Shown piece after piece: positions 12,964-24,100 of a stretch of DNA of 64,000 nt (positions are counted from its first letter, which is position 1; every line of letters begins with the position of its first letter). The position numbers and the translations under genes were made by a program. The DNA is from Paraspadella gotoi (Eukaryota; Animalia; Chaetognatha), in the NCBI GenBank assembly GCA_051294375.1, contig CM119265.1, positions 10,992,379 to 11,056,378 of the forward strand, read 5' to 3'. The notes beneath the pieces were generated by a model. That model searched no databases, had not been told where the DNA came from, and was given only the letters and a program-made list of their open reading frames with translations.

Positions 12964-13440
12964 TCCAATAAAAACAAATTCGTTGAAACTAATAAAACTT
13001 TGTTTCTCTAATAAATTTTTTAAATTTTTTTTGTTTTATTGAAAAAAATTAAAAAACAAAAATTCAGCCAATGATAATGATGATTTTTAAACGTTTTTTC
13101 TGTTTTTAACCAATTTCTTATTAAAATTTTAAAAAATTGTAATGCTAACTTTCATTTAACTTTTCAAGCTCTATAGGAATCCGTTCTTAAAAAAGATTTT
13201 TTTAAAATAAATTTTTGTCATTTGTTATATTGTTGTACCAATTTCATATTAATAAATATTTAAAAGCTTCAGTGCAACAACCCAATGAACTAATTCAAAA
13301 AGTTGCATTGAAAATCGATTTAGTAATAGAAGGTAAAAAGAAATTTTTTTAGAGAATTAGAAGTTATAAAAATGTTCAATTTTGACCCGCCTTAGTCCTC
13401 ACATTCACCACTGTCCTGTCTCACATCTTTGTTGGCCATT

Positions 13441-13481
<41 letters not shown>

Positions 13482-13517
13482 AAGTCAATTTAAAAAATAT
13501 CAAATTGTGAATTGTCA

Positions 13518-13560
13518 AAGCACTGATGAAGGCTTGAATGAAAGCCGAAACTTGTATGCA
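13518..13560 (+). ncRNA. Minimal type I hammerhead ribozyme (PLE1 pLTR)
   Basis: gca CUGAUGA A GGCUU gaauga AAGCC GAAA cuu GUA ugc. Confidence 0.8.
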
Positions 13561-14484
13561 CCTTTAAAAATAAAAATCGTTGATGTAAAAGATTTCGTCT
13601 TTAATCTCAAATAATTTTTGATTTAAAAAATATTTTTATATGTTTAAAACATCGATGAACCTGATTCTACTAAAAAAATTTTAAAAATTAAAAAAAAATT
13701 TTTAGCCTTTTTTGGCCCCCCAGGGGTCCAGCCCCAGGGCCCTGTATCTCTTGTCAGGAGTTGAATATTAAAATTCGCCTCAATAGTTCCATTTATATTG
13801 TCATTAGAAGTCTAAATGTAAAATTTCATGAAATTCGATCCGGTAGTTTGGTGGGAACAGATTCTGGTCACAAAAAAGGGGTACCACATTTTATAATATG
13901 AAGCCTTCTGTAGATATTCCGTATTGATATTAAAAATATAATGTTAAAATTATATGATAAAAAGTTGGAACATTTTTTGAAGAAACTGGGCCTTATCAAA
14001 TTTTTTATAGGGCCTGGGTATTTTCAATTGGTCCTTTTCTAGTGAAAACCCCTGGAAATTTGATCGATTAATAAAGAGAACTGTTAACCCACCTCCTGGC
14101 TGTTGCGTGTATCCTTCCATCGTGGAGTAAAACAGTTAAATCGGTTGTAAATGAGTAAATTTTCGCTTTTAACCTTAATGTTGAGTAACTAATACATATG
14201 AATTTAGAAAAAATTGTGTGCGCCAAATAATTTATTGGAATGTGCAAAAATTTTAACACAGCATCTTAACAAAAACAAATCTACATGTAGCACTTTTTCC
14301 ATAAAAGATATAATTTGCATTTGAACAAAGAAAAAAAAAGTAATTACGTAAGTTTTATTGTTGAAAATAATAAACAGATTGTTACCAACAATTTCAAAAA
14401 GACTTGTAATTTTGGTTATCACAATAAGCTTAGATATAATTTTTTTTGAACTTAAAAATATGTTTGTAATAATTATAAAAATCT

Positions 14485-16455
14485 TAAAAACATAAGGATC
14501 GTCGCAATCGCATAAGAAAAATCTGGATTGACGACAAATTTTGATACTAAAAAAAAATCAAATTTTAGAAAAGAAAATTAATTTATAAACAGAAAGAAAA
14601 AAAAGAAAAGAATAAATATAAAGAAAGAATAGAAAGGAAAAAAAGAATAGAATGGAAAAAAAAATAGAATGGAAAGAAAAGAAAGAAAAGAAAAGAAAAG
14701 AAAAGAAAGAATATAAAGGAAAGAAAGAATAGAAAGGAAAGAAAGAATAAAAAGGAAAAAAAGAATAGAAAAGAAAAGAAAAGAAAAGAAAAGAAAAGAA
14801 AAGAAAAGAAAAGAAAGAAAAGAAAAGAAAAGAAAAGAAAAGAAAGAATATAAAGGAAACAAAGAATAGAATGGAAACAAAGAAAAATAAAAATAAAGAG
14901 AGTGACGAGAAGAAAGAACGAAATAAAAACCTGATGTTGCAATAGCAAAATGATAACATGCACGAATGCGATGCCTAATTTTACGAGTTCAATCCTAATT
15001 CAATTTTTTTTTCAATAAAAATGCAGAGAGAGAGAGAAAGAGAGAAGCCAAATCGTTTTTGGATGAATCAGAAGCGGCAGCAGCAGAGGTAGCCAGAAAA
15101 AAAATAAAAAAAATCAAAAGGCAGCAACAGAAGAAGCAGGAGAAAAGAGAGAAAAAGAAAAGCCCCTGCAGATTAGGGCGTTGAAAAATAACAAAATATA
15201 ACAAATCAAGTGAGGTACATAGCTATTTTAGTATAATAAAGTCTGTAGAATTCGATGATGATAACCATTTTTTGTATAATCTCATCTTCTTTGTCGGAAA
15301 TGGCGATTTTTTCAGCATATAAGGTGCTATTAAAAATGGAGCAACATTGTAGAGTATAAGAAACTCAAATTATTAAGATTTTATAAAAGCCATATTAACT
15401 TACATAATATAAAATAAAACCCATATAAATATTTTGGTAAGTTATTTACAAATTTCTTATTTTATATAGTTTGTTAGCTATATTTATTAATATATAATAA
15501 TAAAAATAAGCTAAAGTAAAAAAAATAAAAATTTTAAAATTTTAAAACCGGATTTGAATTCCTTACAAAAAGTTGATATAAGAAAGTATAATCCATTTTA
15601 AAAAATTCTTTCATTAAGTAGGTTAAAAATATTAAAAACTTATTATTATTTAATTTTTTCAATTTTTGGCTTAAAATTATAGTTTTTCTGAATTTTTACC
15701 AACTTAATGACATAATTTTGATATAAAAATTATATTTTCTTATATCAACTTTTTGCAAAGAATGCAAATCCATGAACAAATTTTGAAATTATTATTTTTT
15801 AACTTAACCCAATTTTTACTCATAATTATTAATAAATATAGTTAACTAATTTTTTATAAACCATAAAATTTAGAAATAAACTTACCAAAATTTTTTATTT
15901 TTATATTTCAAAAGCTCATATAAATTTTATTAAAATTTTAATAATTTGATTTATCATAACTTATAATGGTTTTGTATTTAATAACAATTTTATATACATT
16001 AAAAACCCTCATTTCCGACAAAAAAGATAAAATTATACAAAAAAATGATCATCACCATCAAATTCTACAGATTACATTACACTAAAATAGCTATGTACCT
16101 CACTTGATTTGTTATATTTTTTTATTTTTCAACGCTCTACTGCAGACTCGTTTTTTTTTTTCGATGAAACAGCCTGGGGAAAAGAAAGAGAGCTACATAT
16201 AATTAAAAGAGAAAAGAGAGAGAGAAATGGACATAAAAATAATAGAGGAAATTTGTTTCAATTTCCAATTTTTTTTTCAGTTTCCAATTTCAAGGACCTT
16301 GATGATGAGAAACTGTATATAAATTTTCAGCTTCATACACCTATATTTAATCATGAAAAAGGCGATCTATAAATTGGAACGCCGACGACGACGACGACTA
16401 CGCCACTTATGTACAAAACCATGGCAAAATCGCTTTGCGTTTGCGACGATAAAAA
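14485..16455 (+). mobile_element. Helentron-associated (HINE/DINE-like) repeat, family 2, with internal (AAAAG)n array; related pieces at ~4920-5460(-), 34120-36920, 52311-52890, 59575-59935
   Basis: Recurrent start aggatcgtcgcaat.gcataagaaaaatctgg and 3' hairpin ending ..gcgacgataaaaa that share the atcgtcgc subterminal inverted motif. Confidence 0.55.
15174..16139. mobile_element. Palindromic hAT-type MITE
   Basis: Long TIRs TAGGGCGTTGAAAAATAA / TTATTTTTCAACGCTCTA; 8-bp TSD ctgcagat / ctgcagac; same family as 47752-49077. Confidence 0.8.
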
Positions 16456-16518
16456 TAAAATATTGGTTAAATTTTTATTAAAAAAAATATAAAAAAGTCA
16501 TTTGAACAGAAAGCAGTA

Positions 16519-17124
16519 CAAAAGGCTTCATATTATAAAATGTGGTACCCCTTTTTTGTGACCAGAACTCGTTCCGAGAAAACTACTGGACCAAATTTAT
16601 TAAAATTTGGAATGAACGATCCCTATGTGAATACTAATAAAACTATCAAGGCGAATTTCAATATTTGACCACTGAGCCGAGATATGGCAAAAAATGGTCA
16701 AAATTTTTTTTCATTTATTTAAATTTTTTTTTTTGAACAGTTGCACAGATGTTTACTCTTCCACAAAAACGTTTTTATTACCTCAAAAATATTCATTTAC
16801 CTTAATTTTTAGCTTCATGAACATCAGCAGTTAAATTCGGAATAATTTGGAAAAATTGGAAGAAAAACGATGAACCATGCATCTTCAACCATGCTTAATT
16901 ATTGCAAATTTATCAATTTTAGTTCTAAAATGTTTTTCTTATGTTTAAAACGTCAATGCACCTGATGCTACTAAAAAATTTTGAAAAATGAAAAAATTTT
17001 TTTTAGCATTAGCAGTTTTAGCACTCTAATTGTAAAATTTTATTAAATTCGATCGAGTAGTTTGGTGGGAACAGATTCGGGTCACAAAAAAGGGGTACCA
17101 CATTTTATAATATGAAGCCTTCTG
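16519..17124. mobile_element. MITE with TA TSD (Tc1/mariner-like)
   Basis: TIR ca(a/g)aaggcttcatattataaaatgtggtaccc at both ends, flanked by TA; another interrupted copy ends at ~13911. Confidence 0.7.
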
Positions 17125-17475
17125 TAGTAGTAGTAGTAAGAAAAACTTTCATTTACAGATATATAACTAAAACAATCGTTAATGACGACGGTAGAAATAC
17201 TTATTTTTTAATACAAAACTAAGTATGAGGCACAAACGGTTATTAAACAAACATTAATAATAAAATAGCATTAACAAAGTTTGGTGTCAAATCTTTGCTT
17301 CTTCTAAAAATACTAATCAATCTATTCTAACTATCAAAAAAAAAAATAAACGTTAAGAGACATTGAACAAAAATTAAATTCCACAATTCTTTTCAATCTA
17401 GTCCACCTAATTACAAGTTAGGTCAAAAACACGGTAAATAAGAAAAGGAGCGAAAAAGTAGAAAATACGTAGCAA

Positions 17476-20045
17476 TTAGAATTGCTTGTAGCCAGGTGCG
17501 CCGCCGCTCCATTTGTTGTCTGAAACAAAGAAAAAGCCTTAATATTAATCGTCTTTAATTTTAAAGACTCAAATCGATTCTCGAAAATGCTAAAAGAGTT
17601 GAAAGCCTGACCAGAAAAGTTGACCGGCGGAGTAGCGGTTGGCGGCGGCGGCGGCGCCGACGAAAAATTCGGCGTAGGATATGGAGCGTAGGCCGGTGGA
17701 GGCATCGCCTGGGCCGGCGGAGGGGGCAGAACGACGCCCGGATATTGAGTCGAAACGTGCGGTCCGCCTGGAGCGACCTGAAGCATATATCATTTTTAAT
17801 CGCGACAATGTACCAAAAAAAGAAATACTTTTTGTTAGCGTGAGCGTTTTAGCTTAGTCTAAATTTCCGTAAAATATAAGAAAGTTTGATGTGACACAAA
17901 GGCGAGAGTATGGTGGACTAAAATCCACCAAACGTTCATCAGCGGCCATTGGTGCCGGAGGCAATTCATTCGCCTCCCAACACAAAGGTCCGGGGTTCTA
18001 GCCCGGTGGTCGTCTGGCAGTTAAGGGGGACAGGGCGCTTAACCCGCCTGTAACATGGTGTTACAGCCTGATCCGAAGCTCAGGGACTGCTTATATTGAA
18101 CGGTTCTGTCACTAACACATAACAATTATTACTGTCTCTTCAAGAGTTTATTTTCAATAGCTCACAATCAGCAAGAATAAAGAGGTAAGTCAAAATTGCT
18201 CTTTTTTTTCTCCTCAACTTTCTCCTACAGTGTTAGATCCCTTAACCCCACCAAGTCCTGGGCTTTGTTCCAATTGGCCCTTTTGCCAACCTCCCCAATC
18301 CTCTTCTTCCCTCCAATTGGCCCATGGCCTTTATTGCGGTCATAGAGTTTGGGTGAGGTCTTTGTTTAGTCCTGGTGAGGCGGGCCTCGGTTTCCTTGCT
18401 GGCTTGTCTTCCCGCCGAGAGTAGGGGGAGCGCTGCAGCTGGCTGCTGCATACTCCTCGTGTACGTTTATGTTAGAAACCCATGATAGCTCACGAAAAAA
18501 ATGGTACCTGGGATTGTGGCAAGTAGACGTAAACGGGCTGCTGCGGCTCGGCTCCCTGGCAACAGGCGCAGCCGCAGCAGGCGCAGCCGTCGGATTTGCT
18601 AATGGCCATGGAGGCGGAGGCGATGCTCCAGATGCTGGCGCCGAAGTCGACGAGAGACGCGAGCAACATGATGACCCCGACGGCGACGAAACCCGAGTAA
18701 TTATTGGGGCACAAAGACGCCAAATTACCTCCGACCCAATCATGACCACAGTACCGGTCACGTTCAGCCAGATCGCCTCCTGCAATATCATCGTATTCGT
18801 TAAGTTGCAATCGCAAGTCAAGTCAATCATGAAGGGGCAAGAATGAGCGAAGAACAGTCAAACAAGTTTGAGCAAACAATGTCGGATCTGCCCACGATCA
18901 TTATCGGTAATTAATTAATTAACTAATAATTAAAGTTAATTAATAATTATTTATTCAAGTTAATTATTTAATTAATTAAGCCAATTATTTATTAATTGAT
19001 CCGAAATGTTTGTTTTGAATGATTAATTAACTGAATTAATTATTTGATTAATTAATACATCTTGCATTTACATTTAAAAGAAAAAGAAACAAATCAATTA
19101 GTGAAACAGGGTTCTTTTTTTTTCCATTTAAACCTCATTTCCACTTGGACGATTCCATCGCAACTTCAATATCCAGCTCAATCACACACTTCCCTACCCA
19201 CACAAAATTTCATTCCAATCCATCCATCCAATTACGAGTAATTGGTGTTTTTGCTACGGGATGGACGGACATCACATTTTTTTTTTGCATAATTTTTCAT
19301 AATTCGATGTTCTGACATGATATAAGTAAATGCCTGACAAGATTGAGGGGGCGGACCAACAAAGTGAATTATAGAGTTGGGATCTGCTGAAAGCAGATCC
19401 GACTAAAAACAGTCAAATAAATATATAAAAATACCCGTGATGCCGATTCATGATTGGCGAAAACGTGAGAAGAGTAATGACGCTGAAAACCAAAAAGGCG
19501 ACGACCTAAAAAATTAAAAATCTTTAAAGTATAGGCAGTGATTTTGATCTAGGAATTTAGCCTAAAAAACACTTTTTGCAATATTGATTATAATCACCAA
19601 CACGTTTCTCATCTTTTATTGAAACTCACGGTGCAGTTGTTCTTGAAGGAGGCGGCGCAGCATCGAGAATTCCACAAACCACGATGAAGATGCCGCACCA
19701 AATTCCGGTGCCGGCCTTCATGGGCAGTTGTAGCGGATTTGATCGATAATGACGAGAGCGACGACTTGCCCGATCAAAATGACGGCGCCGCAAACGATGT
19801 GCACGATGCCGAGGGCGCGGATGGAACCGACACTCAAAACTTGACCATGGACGGGCGTTGGGGGGCCACGTTTGGGGGATTCTGGACCAGGACAGGAACT
19901 GAAAGGGAAAGGCCCAAGATGCACTAAGGGTAGCGTCATTTTTTTGCAAAGTAGGCTAAATTTGCCGCATAAAATATATTAATACCAGCTCACCTGCATT
20001 TTGGGCTTGTCCATAGCCGACTTGTGGATTAGCAAAAGTCGCCAT
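17476..20045 (-). CDS. MS4A/CD20-like gene A; exons 20045-19994, 19955-19630, 19505-19435, 18779-18508, 17777-17612, 17519-17476 (exons 2-3 carry indels, probably assembly error)
   Basis: TM1 IRALGIVHIVCGAVILIGQV, TM2 GIWCGIFIVVCGIL, TM3 VVAFLVFSVI, TM4 followed by CACCGCACC, Pro-rich tail with PPPAY; GT-AG sites in matching phases. Confidence 0.8.
17911..18145 (+). mobile_element. tRNA(Gly-like)-derived SINE head and body
   Basis: Acceptor-like stem GCGGCCA/TGGTCGT, A-box-like TGGTGCCGGAGG, CTCCCAA loop, B-box GGTTCTAGCCC; five copies in the window. Confidence 0.75.
18862..19408 (+). mobile_element. Helentron-associated (DINE-1-like) HINE, family 1; other copies or parts at ~4000-4130(-), 5535-5750(-), 25245-25355, 27455-27550, 51900-52112, 52905-53530(-), 59330-59573, 62162-63450
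   Basis: Starts AACAAG, subterminal cggatctgc, (GGAC)n microsatellite, 3' hairpin ggatctgctgaaagcagatcc followed by A-run. Confidence 0.75.
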
Positions 20046-21181
20046 AGTTAATCTAGAATAAATAAACATTAAGCAAAAACGCCATAAGCAGTGTATGTAA
20101 ATGTTTTGTAAATACACCAATAAAATATAAAATTGGTCAGTGAACAAAACCAAGTAAAGACTAATTAAGTAGATAAAATATTGACTAGCACCATTTTTTA
20201 AAAAAAATATGAAAATATCACCAATTCAAAATAGCAGTAAATAGGCACATCTTAGCAAAGAATATTTGCAACAAATCCGAAGTTTCAAACAAAAAGACTT
20301 TAGGACGCGAAAAAAGTATAAATTCGTTTTTAATGATGATCAGCAAGTGTAAAGAGATAACTAAACCTGAGATCATGTCATCAGTCTCAGTACATCACAG
20401 AGGTAGCTTAATTTTCCAAATTCCAATTATAACTTTAAATGCAGATCATCTCATACAAACAAGAACGTTTATTCCAAGGTGTTACGCCGCATTACTTTTC
20501 TTTTTACTTATCATTAAAAACAAAAGGGCGCCAGTAATCACTTAGATTTTGATTTTTAACAAATAAAAAAATCTATAGGCAAGTTATAAGCGTTTAACGT
20601 AAGTGGGACACACCAACGGACAGGACATACCGACCGACCAAAAAGTGGACTTATAGAGTTGCTCAGCGAGTACTCGCGGCGCAACTAAAAATTTGATGTT
20701 TATTGTACATTAAAAGTCGGATAATTGATCAAAACTTAAATAAATAACTAGATTTTACTTCTGCCGACTAAAATCTTTTTGAATTTCCTGGTCAGAGTTT
20801 TTTAAACCGGCGCTTCTTTGATTTTTATATAATTATATAAAATACATATGTAGGTTTAAGATATGACGGTTTATCCCTGAATAAAAAAATAAGTGACCAG
20901 AAATTTCAAGTTGGGGAAAAGTTAAATTATGCCGACAAGGTTAGAGTAAAATATTGTCACAACACGGCCTGACACCAGCAAAAAGCAAAATTAAACATTA
21001 CATAGAAATACATTTGTGCAAATACAAAATAACATTTTCAATCTGATAAATTTAAAAAAATTGTGGTGGTTTTCCTTTCGTTTTGTTGTTTAGTATGAGA
21101 AAAACAAAATTTGCAACAAAAAAGGTCTTTATTTGTGTGCATTTGTTTCGAGTAAATTTTTAGAAATTAGCCAATGAGGCT

Positions 21182-24100
21182 TTACGCTTGAAATCCTTTG
21201 TTATCTGAAAAACAAAATTATTATTTTAAATAAGAGAAAGCATAAGCGCGAATCTTGAACGTAAAAACTCTTCAACTCGCCTATATATGCAGGTGGATTC
21301 ATAGGTTGGGACGCGGGGTAGCCAGTAGAGTAAGCCATTGGATACGGTTGTGGCTGATGCTGAGGCACAACTGCCAATGGAACGGGTGCCGAAGCTGCCT
21401 GAAATAACAATTTCTTTCTTCTTAAAAATCTTAAAAGCATAACACGGTTCCTTTTTACATCGATTTGTTAATGCGGAATGGAGTTGCACAAGAATGAGAT
21501 GTCCCGGGATACGTTTCCGGACCTTTGGGCTACACAAAAAAAGGTCATCAAATTTTTCCTAATGACAGTTTTTTTATAAATTAATATTAAAATTAGCTAT
21601 TATAAAATCAATAAAGTAAATAAAAAAAATTTAAAAATGGTTTAAATTTTTTTAAAAATGAAAATATCATGCATTCATCCATAATCTATGAACAATTTTC
21701 TTTCGTTTGAGTCCATAACCATTATTCTATCTTTAATAGTTTATTTGTAATTAATTTTTCTTTATTAAAATATTATTTTAATTTTTTTCAAAATAATTTA
21801 AATTTAAAAAAATTATAACTATGCCAAATGATTGAAGAAAAAATTTTATATTATAAGGACTTACCTACCTAATATAGGCCTTCAATACATATAGTAGTAA
21901 GTTTATTAATGATGATGTTTTGACATAGAAAATAAATAATTTATAAAATTAAATATATGAAAAAAATTTTAACTTTGAATTTTTTTTTAGCATAATAAAC
22001 ATTAATTATTAATATAATTGTTCATGATGCTTTTAATAGCTACTGGTCAGTTGTATCATTCTCAATTAATAATAATTTATAACTTCTTTTTATTTTAATA
22101 ATACTGACTGCTTATATTTACTTAACTTTTGACAAATCCAAACAATTAACTGATAATTTAAAAATTATATATGAAACAGACGAAAAACTTTTTTAAATCA
22201 CATGCTATTTAATTGTTTGAACTGAATAATAGGAATTTAAAAAGTTTTAAACAATCCCAACTAGACATTTTTAAGGTTGTCAAATGTATAAATATTGATA
22301 TTCGGACTGCTTGGTAGGTTTTAACTTAATTCAGTAGCCTCTTTTAATATGACAGAAAAGCAGATATTTAACAGTTTTTATTTGGAGTGGCATCAAAGTT
22401 CTAATCATATTAACTATCAGTATATTTGTTAAGTATAGTAGATTCCTCTATAGATTTTTTAATTTTTGAAAACATTTTACTTTTTTTTCTATAATTTTTT
22501 TGACACAGCAAAACGTTTCTTTGATTACGCGAAAGAGAATGTAAAAAATTAAAAATAAATAGTACCAATAGTTAGAGTTATGTCTAGAATAGATGAAAAA
22601 AACCTTGTTTAAAAATTTGATCGGGAAGTGGGGTAACTAAGGCTTACCAACGGTATCCTCCATGGTGCTTGCATGTTCTCTTAATTAATTTTTTTAAATT
22701 TAATACATTTGAAAGGGGAAAAAAGAAAATTAGAATGCAGGTGGCATAAAGGGATAGAGAAAATCTGTACATAGTGACATGATAATAATGACCTTTTATG
22801 TCTTGCGTAATGGGGCAGTAAAGAAACCTTAAAAAAAGTGCAATCATTAAGTCAGTCAATGAACCCTTTTAGCGAATTTTTTTTTCTGATTTAAAATGGA
22901 TGATAAATAATAGAATTAAATTCCCTTTATAAAGGTTGTTATATTTAAAAGAAAATTAGCAATACAATTCATCACAATGATGTCTTGCTTTGTCAAATAT
23001 GTCAGCAGTTAAGTAATTTTTTAAAATTTTATTATGATAAACAATAGACACATTTAAATCCGATTCTTTTTAAGATAGAAATCTCAGGAGAACGGCATTC
23101 TTTTCCTTTTTTTTCCGTTCTATCTGAATATATGACTTTTGTTAGACTTTTAAAAAAGTGCCACGAGCATCAAAATTCACAAATATTCGTAGATTTCTTG
23201 AACAAGTTCTATTTAAATTTAATTTTCTAATATAATTAGTTCATTCCTGACTAGAATATTGCATTGCAAGTTAGTTAATATATTAAAAAAATAGTTTTAG
23301 GTGCTTATTATGTTGAAAAACTACTTTTACAAACCGGAAGTTACCAAAAACAGCAAATAATTAGTTCTAAAGATACGAACGAACAAATTTTATATATTCG
23401 CTAGATATGTTACATGTTCTTTTTTATTATTTATTTCAAAAGTATAACTTAAATATTTTATTTAATTATTAGATATTGTTTAATTATGCAGACGCACAAG
23501 CCTTTTTACCTTTGACATTTAAAATGGCTGATGAACTTTCATTGTATTTCATGTCAGATACCTAAATCAATAATACCAGTATATATTGTTATAATAGAGA
23601 AATATGGTGTAAAGACATTACAAAAAAAAATTAAATGTAATCGTTGTTGTAAAAGACTTCATCTTTATTTTAAACTCAATTTAAAAACCATGAAAAAAAA
23701 AAAATTGCAAAGATAAAAAACGAAAAAAAAAGTGAATAAACTGACTTTGTTTATTTTTGTTTGTTTTTTATCTCTTGAACCCTTGAACCTTCTCTAAATC
23801 GTGGTGGTGGATGATCACAACCACCACGGTCGCACAATGACTCCCCCGTCTCCACTCGCCAAGGCAGACCTCTGGAAAAGCAATAAGCAACCAATGCCCT
23901 CTAATCACCTGTAGCAACCAAATATGACTCTCTTCAGAGAGGTCGTCAATCCAAATGACAGCTTCATATGAATAAATTTTAAAATCAGCACGGATAGGCT
24001 CTGGCCTACCTTACCTGAAAAGAGGGCAACTGGCAGGTATTTCAAGTCAAATTAAGTCACACTAGATCTGTTCCTAACGGAAACATTACCTGACCCAGTG

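Larger units (their letters stand above)
11256..13011 (+). mobile_element. Penelope-like element 2 (5'-truncated; inverted partial pLTR plus tail at the 5' end, pLTR at the 3' end)
   Basis: 11285-11368 is the reverse complement of 12932-13011; contains a GIY-YIG remnant; taataaatttt duplicated at both flanks. Confidence 0.85.
10311..13614 (-). mobile_element. Penelope-like element remnant 1 with inverted pseudo-LTRs, containing nested insertions
   Basis: 10333-10533 is the reverse complement of 13396-13614 and each holds a hammerhead core; approximate TSD taattttagatt / taatttttgatt; the flanks rejoin into the MITE seen intact at 16850-17000. Confidence 0.75.

Noticed and set aside
14558-14963. 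F/S/L-rich membrane-like ORFs (also 34191, 35551, 43513, 49225, 52363)
   Set aside because: Translations of (AAAAG)n and other purine/pyrimidine low-complexity tracts
17935-17945. CTGATGA on the minus strand of the SINE leader (also 63478, and 4803 on the plus strand) as a hammerhead
   Set aside because: No GAAA or NUH in register after the hairpin
18469-18846. Plus-strand ORFs overlapping MS4A and ERLIN exons (also 33454, 37783, 60784, 61362)
   Set aside because: Antisense shadows of GC-rich coding exons
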